Shown here one piece after another: positions 26,698 to 38,405 of a stretch of 64,000 nt of DNA. The position numbers and the translations under genes are program-made. Source of the DNA: Gemmatimonadales bacterium (GTDB taxonomy: Bacteria > Gemmatimonadota > Gemmatimonadetes > Gemmatimonadales > GWC2-71-9); assembly GCA_965249575.1 (NCBI GenBank), contig OZ252244.1:544001-608000 (forward strand), written 5' to 3'. Under the pieces are notes generated by a model. The model was not told the DNA's origin, did no database searches, and saw nothing but the letters and a program-made list of their open reading frames with translations. Positions within the stretch are counted from its first letter, which is position 1. The number at the start of each line of letters is the position of its first letter.

Positions 26698-29123
26698 ATG
26701 TCGAGCGGTCCCACGGCCCGATCCCGTAGCCCCTGATCCCCAGTCCCTGACCCCATCACCAACGCCGCGCCGCCGTATAACGCCCCTCCCAGCCAGAGCA
26801 CAGAGGGTGAGCCAGCCTCGATGGCCACCAACGCGGCGAGTGGAGCCGCAACCACCGACGCGAAACCGTTGACCGCCCACGCCCACGCAATGCGCCCTCG
26901 GTCCGCTCCCACCAGGAGGCGAAGACCCAAGGGAAACGGCACGCCCATGAGCAATGCGGGCGGTGCCACGACGAGCAGTGCTACGAGAGTCCTCAGCCAC
27001 AGACCTGCCGGCTGCACGACGTGAACGACGTCGAGAAGAAACCATCCGTATAGGGCACAACACGCCGCGAGGGAGACGCCGGGAATCCACCCAACGGAAG
27101 TTGCGAGGCGATCGGAAAACGCACTCCCGATACCCGAGAAGACGAGGAACCCGCCGAGTACGGCCGTCACCGCGTAGACCGGGTGGCCCAGCAGCAGGCT
27201 CAGCTGTTGAATCGAAGCGATCTCAACCGCGAGATACCCGAGACCGATGGCGCCGAAGTAACTCGTGAGCCGCAGGCGTTTCCAGTGTTTCTGAGAACGG
27301 CCGTGCGCGGCGGCCGGGAGGAGCAGGAGCAATGCGGCGATTACCACACTCTGAGCGAGCGTAGCGAGCAGCGCCACATACCCCCATTCGGCAAAGGGCA
27401 GCCAGGTACCACGCGCGTTCCGCAAGAAAGATCCGACGGCACTTGCCCGGACGAAGTGGTGCGGGTACGGCCTCGCGTCGCCCACCGTCGCGATGTCGAA
27501 CGGGTAGGTCTCGGCGTAGGAGTCCGCTTCTTGTCGTCCGCTGACAGCGGCCGCCGTGACTCGGTGCAGCACCTGCTCGTCGAGCACGTTGAAGGGTCGA
27601 GCGGGCGTTTGGATTCCGGGATACCAGTCGAGATCGAACCTGCGAGCGGCCGACCACTCGAGTAAGGTGGCGATCTCGCCTGGCGAGAATCCGGACGGCC
27701 GAACGAGGATCGTGACCGTCGCCCAGCTGTGCATGACGACGATCCCGCGCCCCACGGCCTCCGGTCGGAGGGACCTGAGCGCCTCGACGGCCGTCAGGAT
27801 CTTGCGCGGATTCTCTCGGGCCGGAACCGCGAGCCAGCCAGTGACCGCCAGGATGCCGCCCTCCCGGAGCAGCTCGAGATACCCTTCGTAGGCTTCGCGG
27901 GTGTGTAAGAAGTCCTCGCTGAGCGAGTGCACACCGGCGGCCGCGCCGCCCAGCCCGCCCCCGGCGCTCAGAATCACCCGTTCGAAACGCCGATCGGTGC
28001 GCGCGGTATAGCTCCTGGCGTCGCCAACGACCCATTCGACCGCGGCGCGCCCGCCGGCGGGCATCGGAGGTCCCAGCTCCTGGGTGAGCTGGACGAGCGC
28101 CGGTTGTAGCTCGACGGCGGTCACCCGTTCGGCCCCGTGCCAGAGCGCGCTCCACACCTCCGTGCCGCCACCGGCCCCCAGCACAAGCACCTCGCCGGAG
28201 GAACCCACCGCGTACGCGGCGGCGGACGGCAGCCAATCCAGCAGCGCGGGTCCCTCGGCGGTAGTCCGTTGCACCGCACCGGCAAGCTCACCATCGACGA
28301 AAAGCGCTGTCTGCCGGGGGAAAGGACCGTCGTAACCGAGGGACAGCCCGGGCGCGTGTCGAAACGCCCCTGCCTCGACGGCGACTACCCAGCCGGTTGG
28401 CCCGGTCCGTTCGGCGATTCGCCGGGCTCCGGGATACGCCTCTACCTGGGGAAGCCCCTTGTAGGGCGTAACCCCCACGTCCCAGGGCCGGTACCAGAAC
28501 ACGATGAGCGCCGCAGCGAGCGCCACGCCGGCGTATAGCCGTCCACGCGCGGCGGGGCCGAACCGGTCCACCGCGAGCATTGCGCCCAACCCGGCCATCA
28601 CGGACGGAACCGCGAGGGCTCGTTCCGGCGGGAAAATGCCGAGCGCGATGAGTGACACGAGGGCGCCGAGCGCCGAGCCCGCAAAACTAGCGCCGTAGAC
28701 GACGCCCGGCCGGTCGGAGTCCCTGCTGAGTGCGAGCAGCACCGCGAGGGCGCCCGCCCCGAACGGGAGCGCGAGGGTCAGGTACGTCAGTGCGAGCAGC
28801 GGCCACTGACCCGAGTCCCAGGCCAGTTGTGTCGGGTCGAGCGAGATCCGATGCACGATTGTAGGACTGGCGATGAGCAGGACGACGGTCGCGATCGATG
28901 CCCAGGGGAACCATCGGCGCGCGCGTTCGGTCCCGACATCCCCGAGGAGGGAGACGAACGTGCCGCTGGCGCCGAAACCCAGCATGGCGACACCGATCGC
29001 CATGTAGGCGAAGTGGTGAAAGTATTGGATGGCAAAGGCCCGAACGAGCAGGATTTCGTAGGCGAGTGTTCCCGCCGAGATCAGGGCCACGGCCCAAAGC
29101 CGAGCCGACAACACGCTACGCAC
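26694..29123 (-). CDS. Polytopic membrane protein fused to a spermidine-synthase-like SAM-binding domain
   Basis: TLAYEILLVR, VLVLGAGGG, VTAVE, GDARSY, LGHPVYA, WAWAVNG. Confidence 0.85.
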   Translation of the reverse strand: MRSVLSARLWAVALISAGTLAYEILLVRAFAIQYFHHFAYMAIGVAMLGFGASGTFVSLLGDVGTERARRWFPWASIATVVLLIASPTIVHRISLDPTQLAWDSGQWPLLALTYLTLALPFGAGALAVLLALSRDSDRPGVVYGASFAGSALGALVSLIALGIFPPERALAVPSVMAGLGAMLAVDRFGPAARGRLYAGVALAAALIVFWYRPWDVGVTPYKGLPQVEAYPGARRIAERTGPTGWVVAVEAGAFRHAPGLSLGYDGPFPRQTALFVDGELAGAVQRTTAEGPALLDWLPSAAAYAVGSSGEVLVLGAGGGTEVWSALWHGAERVTAVELQPALVQLTQELGPPMPAGGRAAVEWVVGDARSYTARTDRRFERVILSAGGGLGGAAAGVHSLSEDFLHTREAYEGYLELLREGGILAVTGWLAVPARENPRKILTAVEALRSLRPEAVGRGIVVMHSWATVTILVRPSGFSPGEIATLLEWSAARRFDLDWYPGIQTPARPFNVLDEQVLHRVTAAAVSGRQEADSYAETYPFDIATVGDARPYPHHFVRASAVGSFLRNARGTWLPFAEWGYVALLATLAQSVVIAALLLLLPAAAHGRSQKHWKRLRLTSYFGAIGLGYLAVEIASIQQLSLLLGHPVYAVTAVLGGFLVFSGIGSAFSDRLATSVGWIPGVSLAACCALYGWFLLDVVHVVQPAGLWLRTLVALLVVAPPALLMGVPFPLGLRLLVGADRGRIAWAWAVNGFASVVAAPLAALVAIEAGSPSVLWLGGALYGGAALVMGSGTGDQGLRDRAVGPLDI

Positions 29124-29864
29124 TCATCGCAGCCCGCTCAGCATCGGTACAAACCGCACGGGGAGGAGGTTTCGCGTTCGCACGTCGCCATCTTCGTCCT
29201 TCTCGACGAGAATGAGGTTCTGTACTCCGTACACGCTTCCGACCGGAATCACCATCCGGCCGCCCGGTTTGAGCTGTTCGACTAGCGCGGGTGGGATGAA
29301 GCCGGCGGCGGCGGTGACGATCACTGCGTCGAACGGCGCCTCGTCGGGCCAGCCGAAGTGCCCGTCCCCGTGGCGGACGCGGATTTTGTCGTAGCCGAGC
29401 CGGGCAAGCCGCTCCCGTGCCGTCGCCGCGAGAATCTCGAAAATCTCGATCGTGTAGACATCCACCCCGATCGCGGCGAGGACCGAAGCCTGATAACCCG
29501 AACCCGTGCCCACCTCGAGAACTTTCATTCCCGGCTCGGGGCCCAGTATCTCGGTCATGTAGGCGACGATGTACGGCTGGGATATAGTTTGACCGTGGCC
29601 TATCCGCAGGGGATGGTCGCCGTACGCCCGCCGCCGTTCGCTCTGGGGAACGAACTCATGCCGCGGAACATTCAGCATCGACCCGATTGTGGCCGAATCG
29701 GTAACCCCGTGGACGGAGATCAGCTCTACCATCGCCTCCCGCTGGCCGCGGTATCGACGCGCGTCATCACGGCTGCCGCCACCACCCCGTTGCCCGAAGA
29801 GCGCGTCAGACGGGGCGACGAGTGCGGCGATCGCGAGGGCGAGAACCCCGCCCGCTCGGTTCAC
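29124..29864 (-). CDS. pcm: Protein-L-isoaspartate O-methyltransferase with N-terminal hydrophobic leader (start uncertain)
   Basis: VPRHEFVP, GQTISQPYIVA, VLEVGTGSGYQA, APFDAVIVTAA, QLKPGGRMVIPVG, VRFVPM. Confidence 0.9.
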   Translation of the reverse strand: MNRAGGVLALAIAALVAPSDALFGQRGGGGSRDDARRYRGQREAMVELISVHGVTDSATIGSMLNVPRHEFVPQSERRRAYGDHPLRIGHGQTISQPYIVAYMTEILGPEPGMKVLEVGTGSGYQASVLAAIGVDVYTIEIFEILAATARERLARLGYDKIRVRHGDGHFGWPDEAPFDAVIVTAAAGFIPPALVEQLKPGGRMVIPVGSVYGVQNLILVEKDEDGDVRTRNLLPVRFVPMLSGLR

Positions 29865-29940
29865 GCCCGCCCGGGCCGAGACCTTGACGACCTCGCGCTG
29901 GACCAGACGCTCATGGTCGCAATAGGCGAGCTTCACGACT

Positions 29941-30015
29941 TCAGTGTGCGACCCGGACGGTCGAGTACTTGGCACCACTCTCACACGGAAACCGCTTCAG
30001 CTCCTCGACAAGCAT
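29941..30015 (-). CDS. Candidate 24-aa small ORF MLVEELKRFPCESGAKYSTVRVAH
   Basis: GGAGGTG SD just upstream of ATG 30015; TGA at 29943-29941. Confidence 0.35.
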   Translation of the reverse strand: MLVEELKRFPCESGAKYSTVRVAH

Positions 30016-30106
30016 GGCTCACCTCCATCTGGGGGTTGGGTGTTCGACTCGCTCCCTTCTGCAGGTTTCGGGTGCGCACCGATTCGTGCGATCGACGCCG
30101 CGCGGT

Positions 30107-31069
30107 TCAGTTCCACTTTCGGCCCCGCAGTTGATCGAGGTTGACGTTCCCGCCGCTCAGCACGCACACAACCTTGGAATCGGGCTCCGCTTCTATGAGG
30201 CCGTGTAGCAGGGCCCCAACCGAGGCAGCGGCCGCGCCCTCCACCAGCACCTTGCAGTGGGACCACACCCACAGCATCGCGTCGAAGATCTCATCGTCGG
30301 ACAAGGTCACGACTTTTTCGACGCACCCCCTCACGACCGCAAATGTATGGTCCCCCACGGTCTTGACCTTGAGGCCGTCGATTGCGCAATCGACCTCGTC
30401 GAGGGTGATCAGGTGTCCAGCCTTGATGCTCTCCTGCATGGCCGGCGCGCCCGACGACTCGACGCCGATGATGCGGATGGCCGGGTTCAGGCCCTTGAGT
30501 GCCATGGCGACCCCGGAGATCAGGCCTCCGCCACCGATCGGCACGATGACCACGTCGACGTGCGGGTAGTCGTGATAAATCTCCCACCCGAGCGTACCCT
30601 GCCCCGCCATGAGCTGCCAGTCGTCGAAGGGGTGGATGTAGGTGTAGCCGCACTCCTCGACCAACTCCTTTGAGCGTTCGTTGGCCTCGTCCCAGATACG
30701 GCCGTGGAGCACGACCTCCGCCCCGTACGCACGCGTCGCTTCGATCTTCGAGGGCGTTGCGTTCTCAGCCATGACGACCACCGACCGGATCCCATGCAGC
30801 TTTGCCGCCAGAGCGACGCCCTGGGCGTGGTTTCCCGCCGAGGAGCAAATAACCCCCCTCGCTTTCTCGGACTCGCTCAGTTGTCGGAATTTGTTGAGCG
30901 GGCCGCGAATCTTATACGAGCCCGTCCGCTGAAAGCTCTCCGCCTTCAGACGAACGTCAAACCCCGTGCGCTCGCTGAGGAGCCTGGAGGTGAGCAACGG
31001 CGTGCGATAGGCGTGGGCGGAGACGAAGCGATGGGCCTCCGCGAACACCGACGGGGCCAGCGGGACCAT
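30107..31069 (-). CDS. PLP-dependent threonine/serine dehydratase (catalytic domain only)
   Basis: LKAESFQRTGSYKIRG, SAGNHAQG, PIGGGGLISG, VLSGGN; no ACT domain. Confidence 0.92.
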   Translation of the reverse strand: MVPLAPSVFAEAHRFVSAHAYRTPLLTSRLLSERTGFDVRLKAESFQRTGSYKIRGPLNKFRQLSESEKARGVICSSAGNHAQGVALAAKLHGIRSVVVMAENATPSKIEATRAYGAEVVLHGRIWDEANERSKELVEECGYTYIHPFDDWQLMAGQGTLGWEIYHDYPHVDVVIVPIGGGGLISGVAMALKGLNPAIRIIGVESSGAPAMQESIKAGHLITLDEVDCAIDGLKVKTVGDHTFAVVRGCVEKVVTLSDDEIFDAMLWVWSHCKVLVEGAAAASVGALLHGLIEAEPDSKVVCVLSGGNVNLDQLRGRKWN

Positions 31070-31169
31070 ATGCCCTCCCGAGGCGTGGCGGCTGGAGTAT
31101 GCGGATAACGATCGGGATACCCATGATAATACTCGCGCCCTTCCGCCACGGCGTGAAGGGCTCGTGGAC

Positions 31170-31198
31170 TTGGCGCGAGGTGAGCAGGTGGCTATTTT
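31170..31198 (+). promoter_or_regulatory. Putative sigma70 promoter of prs operon
   Basis: TTGGCG-17 nt-TATTTT. Confidence 0.4.
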
Positions 31199-31209
31199 GC
31201 GAGGCTTCG

Positions 31210-32163
31210 ATGGTTGATCTCTCGTTATCGCGCTGTGAGATACTGCTCCTCGCGGGCACGGCAAACGAGCCGCTCGCCCAAGAGATCGCTGAGCGGCTCG
31301 GGACCACGCTGTGCGAGGTCACGATGCGGCGCTTTGCGGACGGTGAGATCTTCGTGCGCATCGATCAGAACGTGCGGGGACGGGACGTTTTCATCGTTCA
31401 ACCGACTAACCCGCCGGCTGAAAACCTCGTGGAGCTGTTGCTGTTGATCGATGCGGCCAAGCGGGCCAGTGCCGCGCGGGTGACGGCGGTGATCCCGTAT
31501 TTCGGCTATGCGCGCCAAGATCGTAAGGACCAGCCCCGGGTCGCCATCAGCGCGAAGCTCATGGCCAACCTGGTGACGACAGCGGGAGCGGATCGCGTAC
31601 TGGCCATCGACTTCCACCAACATCAGCTCCAAGGATTCTTTGACATACCGGTCGACCACATGTACGGAGCCCCGGTGTTCGTGCAGCACTACCGGCAGAA
31701 GAAGCTCACAGACTTGGTCGTCGTGGCTCCCGACGTTGGGAGCGCCAAGATGGCCCGCGGGTTCGCAAAACGACTCCATGCGTCCCTCGCAATCATCGAC
31801 AAACGCCGTCCGTCAGCCAACGTGGCCGAAGTGGTGAATGTGGTAGGAGAAGTCGGCGATCGGGACTGCTTGGTCGTGGACGACATGATCGACACGGCCG
31901 GGACGATGAGCGAGGCGGCTCATGCCCTCAAGCGTCTGGGTGCCCGCGACATACACTGTTGTGCCTCCCACGCGTTGCTGTCGGGGCCGGCAGTCGACCG
32001 TCTGGCTGGATCGCCCCTGACCGAGCTCACGGTAACGAACACGATCCTCGTCCCGGAGTCGAGGATGTTTGACCGATTGAAGATCTTGTCGATCGCTCCG
32101 CTGTTGTCGCGGGCGATCGCGAACACTCATAGCGACCAGTCGGTCAGCTCGCTGTTCGACTGA
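31210..32163 (+). CDS. prs: Ribose-phosphate pyrophosphokinase
   Basis: RFADGE, PYFGYARQDRK, VAPDVG, IIDKRR, VDDMIDTAGT. Confidence 0.97.
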   Translation: MVDLSLSRCEILLLAGTANEPLAQEIAERLGTTLCEVTMRRFADGEIFVRIDQNVRGRDVFIVQPTNPPAENLVELLLLIDAAKRASAARVTAVIPYFGYARQDRKDQPRVAISAKLMANLVTTAGADRVLAIDFHQHQLQGFFDIPVDHMYGAPVFVQHYRQKKLTDLVVVAPDVGSAKMARGFAKRLHASLAIIDKRRPSANVAEVVNVVGEVGDRDCLVVDDMIDTAGTMSEAAHALKRLGARDIHCCASHALLSGPAVDRLAGSPLTELTVTNTILVPESRMFDRLKILSIAPLLSRAIANTHSDQSVSSLFD

Positions 32164-32185
32164 CGGCTGGAGGTACGGTTCCATT

Positions 32186-32854
32186 ATGGCGCAGACGATC
32201 ACATTGAAGGCCGAGGCCCGCTCCACTAAGGGCAAGGGCGCCGCGCGACAGCTTCGCGCCCAGGGAAAAGTCCCGGCGGTCGTGTACGGACATGGACGCA
32301 CGCCAGAGTCGCTGATCCTGTCCGCCAGCGACCTCGAGAAAGCCCTGACCGGAGTGTCGGCTGAGAGCACGCTGGTGGACCTCAAGATCGGACGGCAAAG
32401 AGTCAAGACCCTCATCCGCGAGGTTCAGCGTCACCCCACTCGGTCTGAGATCACCCACGTGGACTTCCTCGAGATTCACGCCGACGAGAAGATCAGACTT
32501 TCGGTGCCCATTCACCTCGAGGGGAGCCCGGACGGCGTGCGGAATGCGGGAGGCGTGCTCGACCAAGTGCTCCGGGAAATCGAGATCGAGGTATTGCCGC
32601 GAGACATCCCGGAACGCTTCACCCTCGACGTCACCGAACTCGGTGTGGCCAAATCGCTGCACGTGCGGGACATTGCGCTCGGCGATTTGACGGTGTTGAC
32701 GGATCGGGATGCGACGGTGTGCACGGTCATTCCGCCACGAGTCGAGGAAGAGGTGGCGGAACCGGCTGAGGTCGCTCCGGAGGAGGCTGAAGAACCCGAG
32801 CTGATCCGCAAGCCGAAGGCGGAAGAAGAAGGCGAAGCGAGCGACGAGGTCTGA
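32186..32854 (+). CDS. rplY: 50S ribosomal protein L25/Ctc
   Basis: GKGAARQLRAQGKVPAVVYG, QRHP, HVDF; acidic tail. Confidence 0.97.
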   Translation: MAQTITLKAEARSTKGKGAARQLRAQGKVPAVVYGHGRTPESLILSASDLEKALTGVSAESTLVDLKIGRQRVKTLIREVQRHPTRSEITHVDFLEIHADEKIRLSVPIHLEGSPDGVRNAGGVLDQVLREIEIEVLPRDIPERFTLDVTELGVAKSLHVRDIALGDLTVLTDRDATVCTVIPPRVEEEVAEPAEVAPEEAEEPELIRKPKAEEEGEASDEV

Positions 32855-32856
32855 AC

Positions 32857-33430
32857 CTGCGCGCAGTGGTCGGTCTCGGAAACCCCGGCCCGGCATACGC
32901 GGCGACGCGACACAACGCGGGCTTCATGCTAGCCGACATGCTGGCGGTGCGGTGGGATTTGCCGCCCTTCCGGCGTTCGGGGCCTTCGCGGGTAACGCGA
33001 GGCACCGTCAACGGCAGCCCGATCGTTCTCCTCAAGCCCGAAACGTACATGAACCGCAGCGGGCCCGCGCTCCGACCCATGCTCGAGGCCGGCGTCAACC
33101 CCAGCCGGGACCTTCTGGTGCTCGTGGACGACTTTGCGCTGTCCCTGGGGCGATTCCGGCTCCGCGCCCACGGTTCGGCGGGAGGACACAACGGGCTCGA
33201 GAGCGTCGAGGAGGTTCTCGACACGCAGAATTACGCCCGCCTGCGAATCGGGGTGGGCCCGCTCCCCGACTGGCTCGACGACAGCGCCGAGTTCGTACTG
33301 TCGCCATTTGAACCCGAAGAGTTCGAGACGCTCGAAGAGCTCTTGCCTACGCTGATGGATGCCGTCACGTGTTGGATCAGCGAGGGCATCGAGACTGCCA
33401 TGAACCGATTCAACCGACGAGGTCCCCAGA

Positions 33431-33438
<8 letters not shown>
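32857..33438 (+). CDS. pth: Peptidyl-tRNA hydrolase (probable CTG start)
   Basis: [41 protein letters not shown]. Confidence 0.95.
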
Positions 33439-35488
<2,050 letters not shown>

Positions 35489-35571
35489 ATAGAGAGTAGG
35501 GAGTAGGGGCAGGGGCATGGGGAGTGTTCCTCGTTTCCAGCTCCCGTCCCCTACGCCCTACCCCCTAACCC
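35489..35571 (+). repeat. G-rich/C-rich heptamer inverted repeat between hppA and ychF
   Basis: AGAGAGT AGGGAGT AGGGGC AGGGGC ... CCCCTAC GCCCTAC CCCCTAA. Confidence 0.7.
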
Positions 35572-36669
35572 ATGCTTCGCCTCGGGATCGTCGGCCTGCC
35601 GAACGTCGGGAAGTCGACGCTCTTCAGCGCGCTGACGAAGGCGGACGCCCCCGCCGAGAACTACCCCTTCTGCACCGTCGATCCGAACCTCGGGGTCGTA
35701 CCCGTGCCAGATCCCCGTCTCGACGCCCTGGTCGAGCTCACGAAACCCGAGAGAGTCATGCCCGCCACAGTGGAGTTCGTCGATATCGCCGGGCTGGTCA
35801 GGGGGGCGAGTCGGGGCGAAGGGCTGGGTAACCAATTTCTCGGCCAAATCCGGCAGGTGGATGCCATCGTGCACGTGCTGCGGTGCTTCGAGGACCCCGA
35901 CGTGGCGCACGTCATGGGCCCCGTCGACCCCATCCGAGATCACGACGTCGTGACCGCAGAGCTGGCCCTCGCCGACCTTGCCGCAGTCGAGCGCCGGATG
36001 GAGAAGTCCGGGAAGGCCGCCCGCGGCGACGACAAGGAAGCCCAGGCCGAGCTCACACTCCTCGAGGCGGCTCAGCGCGAGCTCGACGCGGGCCGTGGCG
36101 CCCGGGCGGCAGCCACGGACGAGCGGGTGCTCCTCCGGTTCAAGCGTTTGGGACTGCTGACCGCGAAGCCGATTCTCTACGCGGCCAACGTAGCGGAGGC
36201 GGATCTCGCGACCGGCGGATCATGGGTGGAGAAGCTCCGGGCAACGGTGCGTGCACACCATGAGGAGGCAGGCATCGTCACGTTCTCCGCTCGGCTGGAA
36301 AAGGAGCTCGCGGCGCTCAGCCCGGCCGAGCAGGCGGAATACCTCTCGGCAAGCGGCGTTGAGGAACCGGGACTCGACCGGCTCATTCACGCCGGGTACC
36401 AGCTCCTCGGGCTCCAGACGTTCTTCACTGTGGGGGAAAACGAGGTCCGCGCGTGGACGGTTGCCGCCGGGAGCACGGCATATCAGGCAGCCGGTGAGAT
36501 TCATACCGACTTCCAGCGGGGATTCATACGGGCAGAGACCATTGCCGCCGCAGATTTCGTGAAGCTCGGCGGGTACAAGGAGGCACGGGAGGCCGGGGCC
36601 ACGCGCGCCGAGGGACGCGACTACGTGCTGCGCGACGGCGACGTCGTGCTATTCAGATTCAACGTCTAG
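35572..36669 (+). CDS. ychF: Redox-regulated ATPase YchF
   Basis: GIVGLPNVGKST, NYPFCT, DIAGLV, GEGLGNQFL, IHTDF, LFRFNV. Confidence 0.97.
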   Translation: MLRLGIVGLPNVGKSTLFSALTKADAPAENYPFCTVDPNLGVVPVPDPRLDALVELTKPERVMPATVEFVDIAGLVRGASRGEGLGNQFLGQIRQVDAIVHVLRCFEDPDVAHVMGPVDPIRDHDVVTAELALADLAAVERRMEKSGKAARGDDKEAQAELTLLEAAQRELDAGRGARAAATDERVLLRFKRLGLLTAKPILYAANVAEADLATGGSWVEKLRATVRAHHEEAGIVTFSARLEKELAALSPAEQAEYLSASGVEEPGLDRLIHAGYQLLGLQTFFTVGENEVRAWTVAAGSTAYQAAGEIHTDFQRGFIRAETIAAADFVKLGGYKEAREAGATRAEGRDYVLRDGDVVLFRFNV

Positions 36670-36753
36670 TCCAGTCAGCGGGCTACCGGCATGCGGGGCC
36701 CTTGTAGGCCTTTCCCGAGCTACGCAAGCCGCGTATCTTCTACGCTCACTAAC

Positions 36754-36807
36754 CACCTACTCCGTCCAGCACCGGGACGGGGTCGCCTGAGTCCAAAGGA
36801 AGGTGTA
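36754..36807 (+). promoter_or_regulatory. Possible ribosomal-protein leader (S6:S18-like) hairpin
   Basis: CCGTCC-loop-GGACGG stem; CACCT can pair with the AGGTG SD of rpsF. Confidence 0.35.
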
Positions 36808-37224
36808 ATGACTCGTCGCTACGAGATCGTCTACATTTTCGACAGTACCCTCGAGGAACAGGAGGTCAACACCCGCCTGGAGCGATTCAATGGGCTCTTG
36901 GCCGGCGCGGAGGCCTCCACCCCCGTGACAGACGTCAGTCATTGGGGCAAGCGCACCCTCGCATACCCGATCAAAGGACGCGACACCGGATACTACGTTG
37001 TCGTGCACTTCGAGTCGGTAGCCACGGCGCTTGGGGAGTTCGAGCGGGCGATTGGGTTGGACGAAGGGGTATTGCGATACCTGCTGGTGCTGAACGAGGG
37101 TGAAGCACCCAGGCCGCCGCGGCCAGACAGTGACTCAGACCGCGGCACGGGACGAGGCGCGCCTGAGCCCCAAGCGCCTGAGCCCCAAGCGTCGGAGGCC
37201 CAAGCGTCGGAGGCCAAGGCATGA
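36808..37224 (+). CDS. rpsF: 30S ribosomal protein S6 with repetitive C-terminal tail
   Basis: [26 protein letters not shown]. Confidence 0.97.
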   Translation: MTRRYEIVYIFDSTLEEQEVNTRLERFNGLLAGAEASTPVTDVSHWGKRTLAYPIKGRDTGYYVVVHFESVATALGEFERAIGLDEGVLRYLLVLNEGEAPRPPRPDSDSDRGTGRGAPEPQAPEPQASEAQASEAKA

Positions 37225-37442
37225 GAAGGCCCTCCAAGACCTGTGCGGTATGTGAGTCGGGTGTACGAGTACTCGACTACAAGGACGAGCGAACCCTCAC
37301 GCGCTTCATTACCGAGCGGGGGAAGATCCTGCCCAGCCGCCTGTCCGGCATGTGCTCCCGCCATCAGCGGCAGCTCGGAACCGCAGTCAAGCGGGCACGG
37401 CACCTGGCACTCTTGCCCTTTATCAAAGGGCACGCGGGATAG
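37221..37442 (+). CDS. rpsR: 30S ribosomal protein S18 (Zn-binding C+ type)
   Basis: [32 protein letters not shown]. Confidence 0.97.
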   Translation: MRRPSKTCAVCESGVRVLDYKDERTLTRFITERGKILPSRLSGMCSRHQRQLGTAVKRARHLALLPFIKGHAG

Positions 37443-38402
37443 ATGCCGACGTCGTCCGGCGACGAATCCGGGCGAGTGTTGTGGCGCCTGGTTCTCGCGG
37501 TCGTCGCTTTCTCGCTGTTTGCCGAAACCCCGCTCTTCTTGTTTCCGCTGGCTGCGTTGCTGCTCGTCTCGCGGCCGCAACGGGTCGGCGAGGCCGTGGC
37601 ATTTGCCGTCGCGGGTGCAGCCAGCGTCTGGTGGTTGCTTCAGATTGGGGCACCTCCGCAGCAATTGACTCGCTCGGCGGTCCTCATGAGCACCGCCGCC
37701 TTCGTCGCGGCCACCACACTTTGGTCAGGCACGTTTACACACCGGGCACTCCTGGCCATTGCCGCGTCCGCGGTTGCGGTCGGCGGGTGGTTTGTTCCCT
37801 TCGGCCGGTCTTGGAACGAGGTGCATTGGTGGGTGGAGCATCAATACAACGTGCAAACCGGTGCCTTCTTGGCCGAGCTCCGGCAAATGGCTACTACGAG
37901 CGCCGCGGCCAATAGGCTAGTAGTGCAAGTGGATGCGGTTCTCGAGAGCGCGGTGCGCTTCGTGGCGGACTATTACCCCGCGATACTGGCACTCCAGCTG
38001 CTGGCCGGTCTAGCCCTCGCAACGGCTGTCTACCAACGGATTGCTTCGAGACCGGTCGGACCTGGGCTGGGGCCACTGCGACACTTTCGCTTTTCGGAAC
38101 ACCTGGGCTGGGCTGCCGCGGTGCCGCTCATCCTGATCGTGACCAGCAAGGCATCGGCCCTCAAGGTCGTGGCCGGCAATCTCCTCCTGGTGCTTGGGAT
38201 GCTGTACACCTTTCGTGGGGCCGCGGTTTTCGGTTTTGGGCTGTGGCTCGCAGGTGGAGCTGGCTTGTTCACGACCGCGCTGATCACCATCGTGCTCGTG
38301 TTCATGTTGCCGGTCGCCGCCGCCGGTGCGCTCCTCCTCGGAATCGTCGACGCGGGCATGGATCTCCGCCGACGTTGGCTCACTTCAGCCGCGAGAGACT
38401 AG
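37443..38402 (+). CDS. DUF2232/YybS family membrane protein
   Basis: Polytopic; FRFSEHLGW and GIVDAGMDLRRR; position between rpsR and rplI. Confidence 0.8.
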   Translation: MPTSSGDESGRVLWRLVLAVVAFSLFAETPLFLFPLAALLLVSRPQRVGEAVAFAVAGAASVWWLLQIGAPPQQLTRSAVLMSTAAFVAATTLWSGTFTHRALLAIAASAVAVGGWFVPFGRSWNEVHWWVEHQYNVQTGAFLAELRQMATTSAAANRLVVQVDAVLESAVRFVADYYPAILALQLLAGLALATAVYQRIASRPVGPGLGPLRHFRFSEHLGWAAAVPLILIVTSKASALKVVAGNLLLVLGMLYTFRGAAVFGFGLWLAGGAGLFTTALITIVLVFMLPVAAAGALLLGIVDAGMDLRRRWLTSAARD

Positions 38403-38405
38403 GCA

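Noticed and set aside
29870..30015. Selenocysteine readthrough, or RiPP precursor for the PIMT
   Set aside because: Readthrough hits another TGA after ten codons; the peptide has no Asp/Asn; the PIMT lacks a C-terminal extension and no RiPP cyclase is nearby
36808..37442. Missing ssb/priB between rpsF and rpsR
   Set aside because: Direct rpsF-rpsR adjacency occurs in many lineages, and the ATGA overlap is clean
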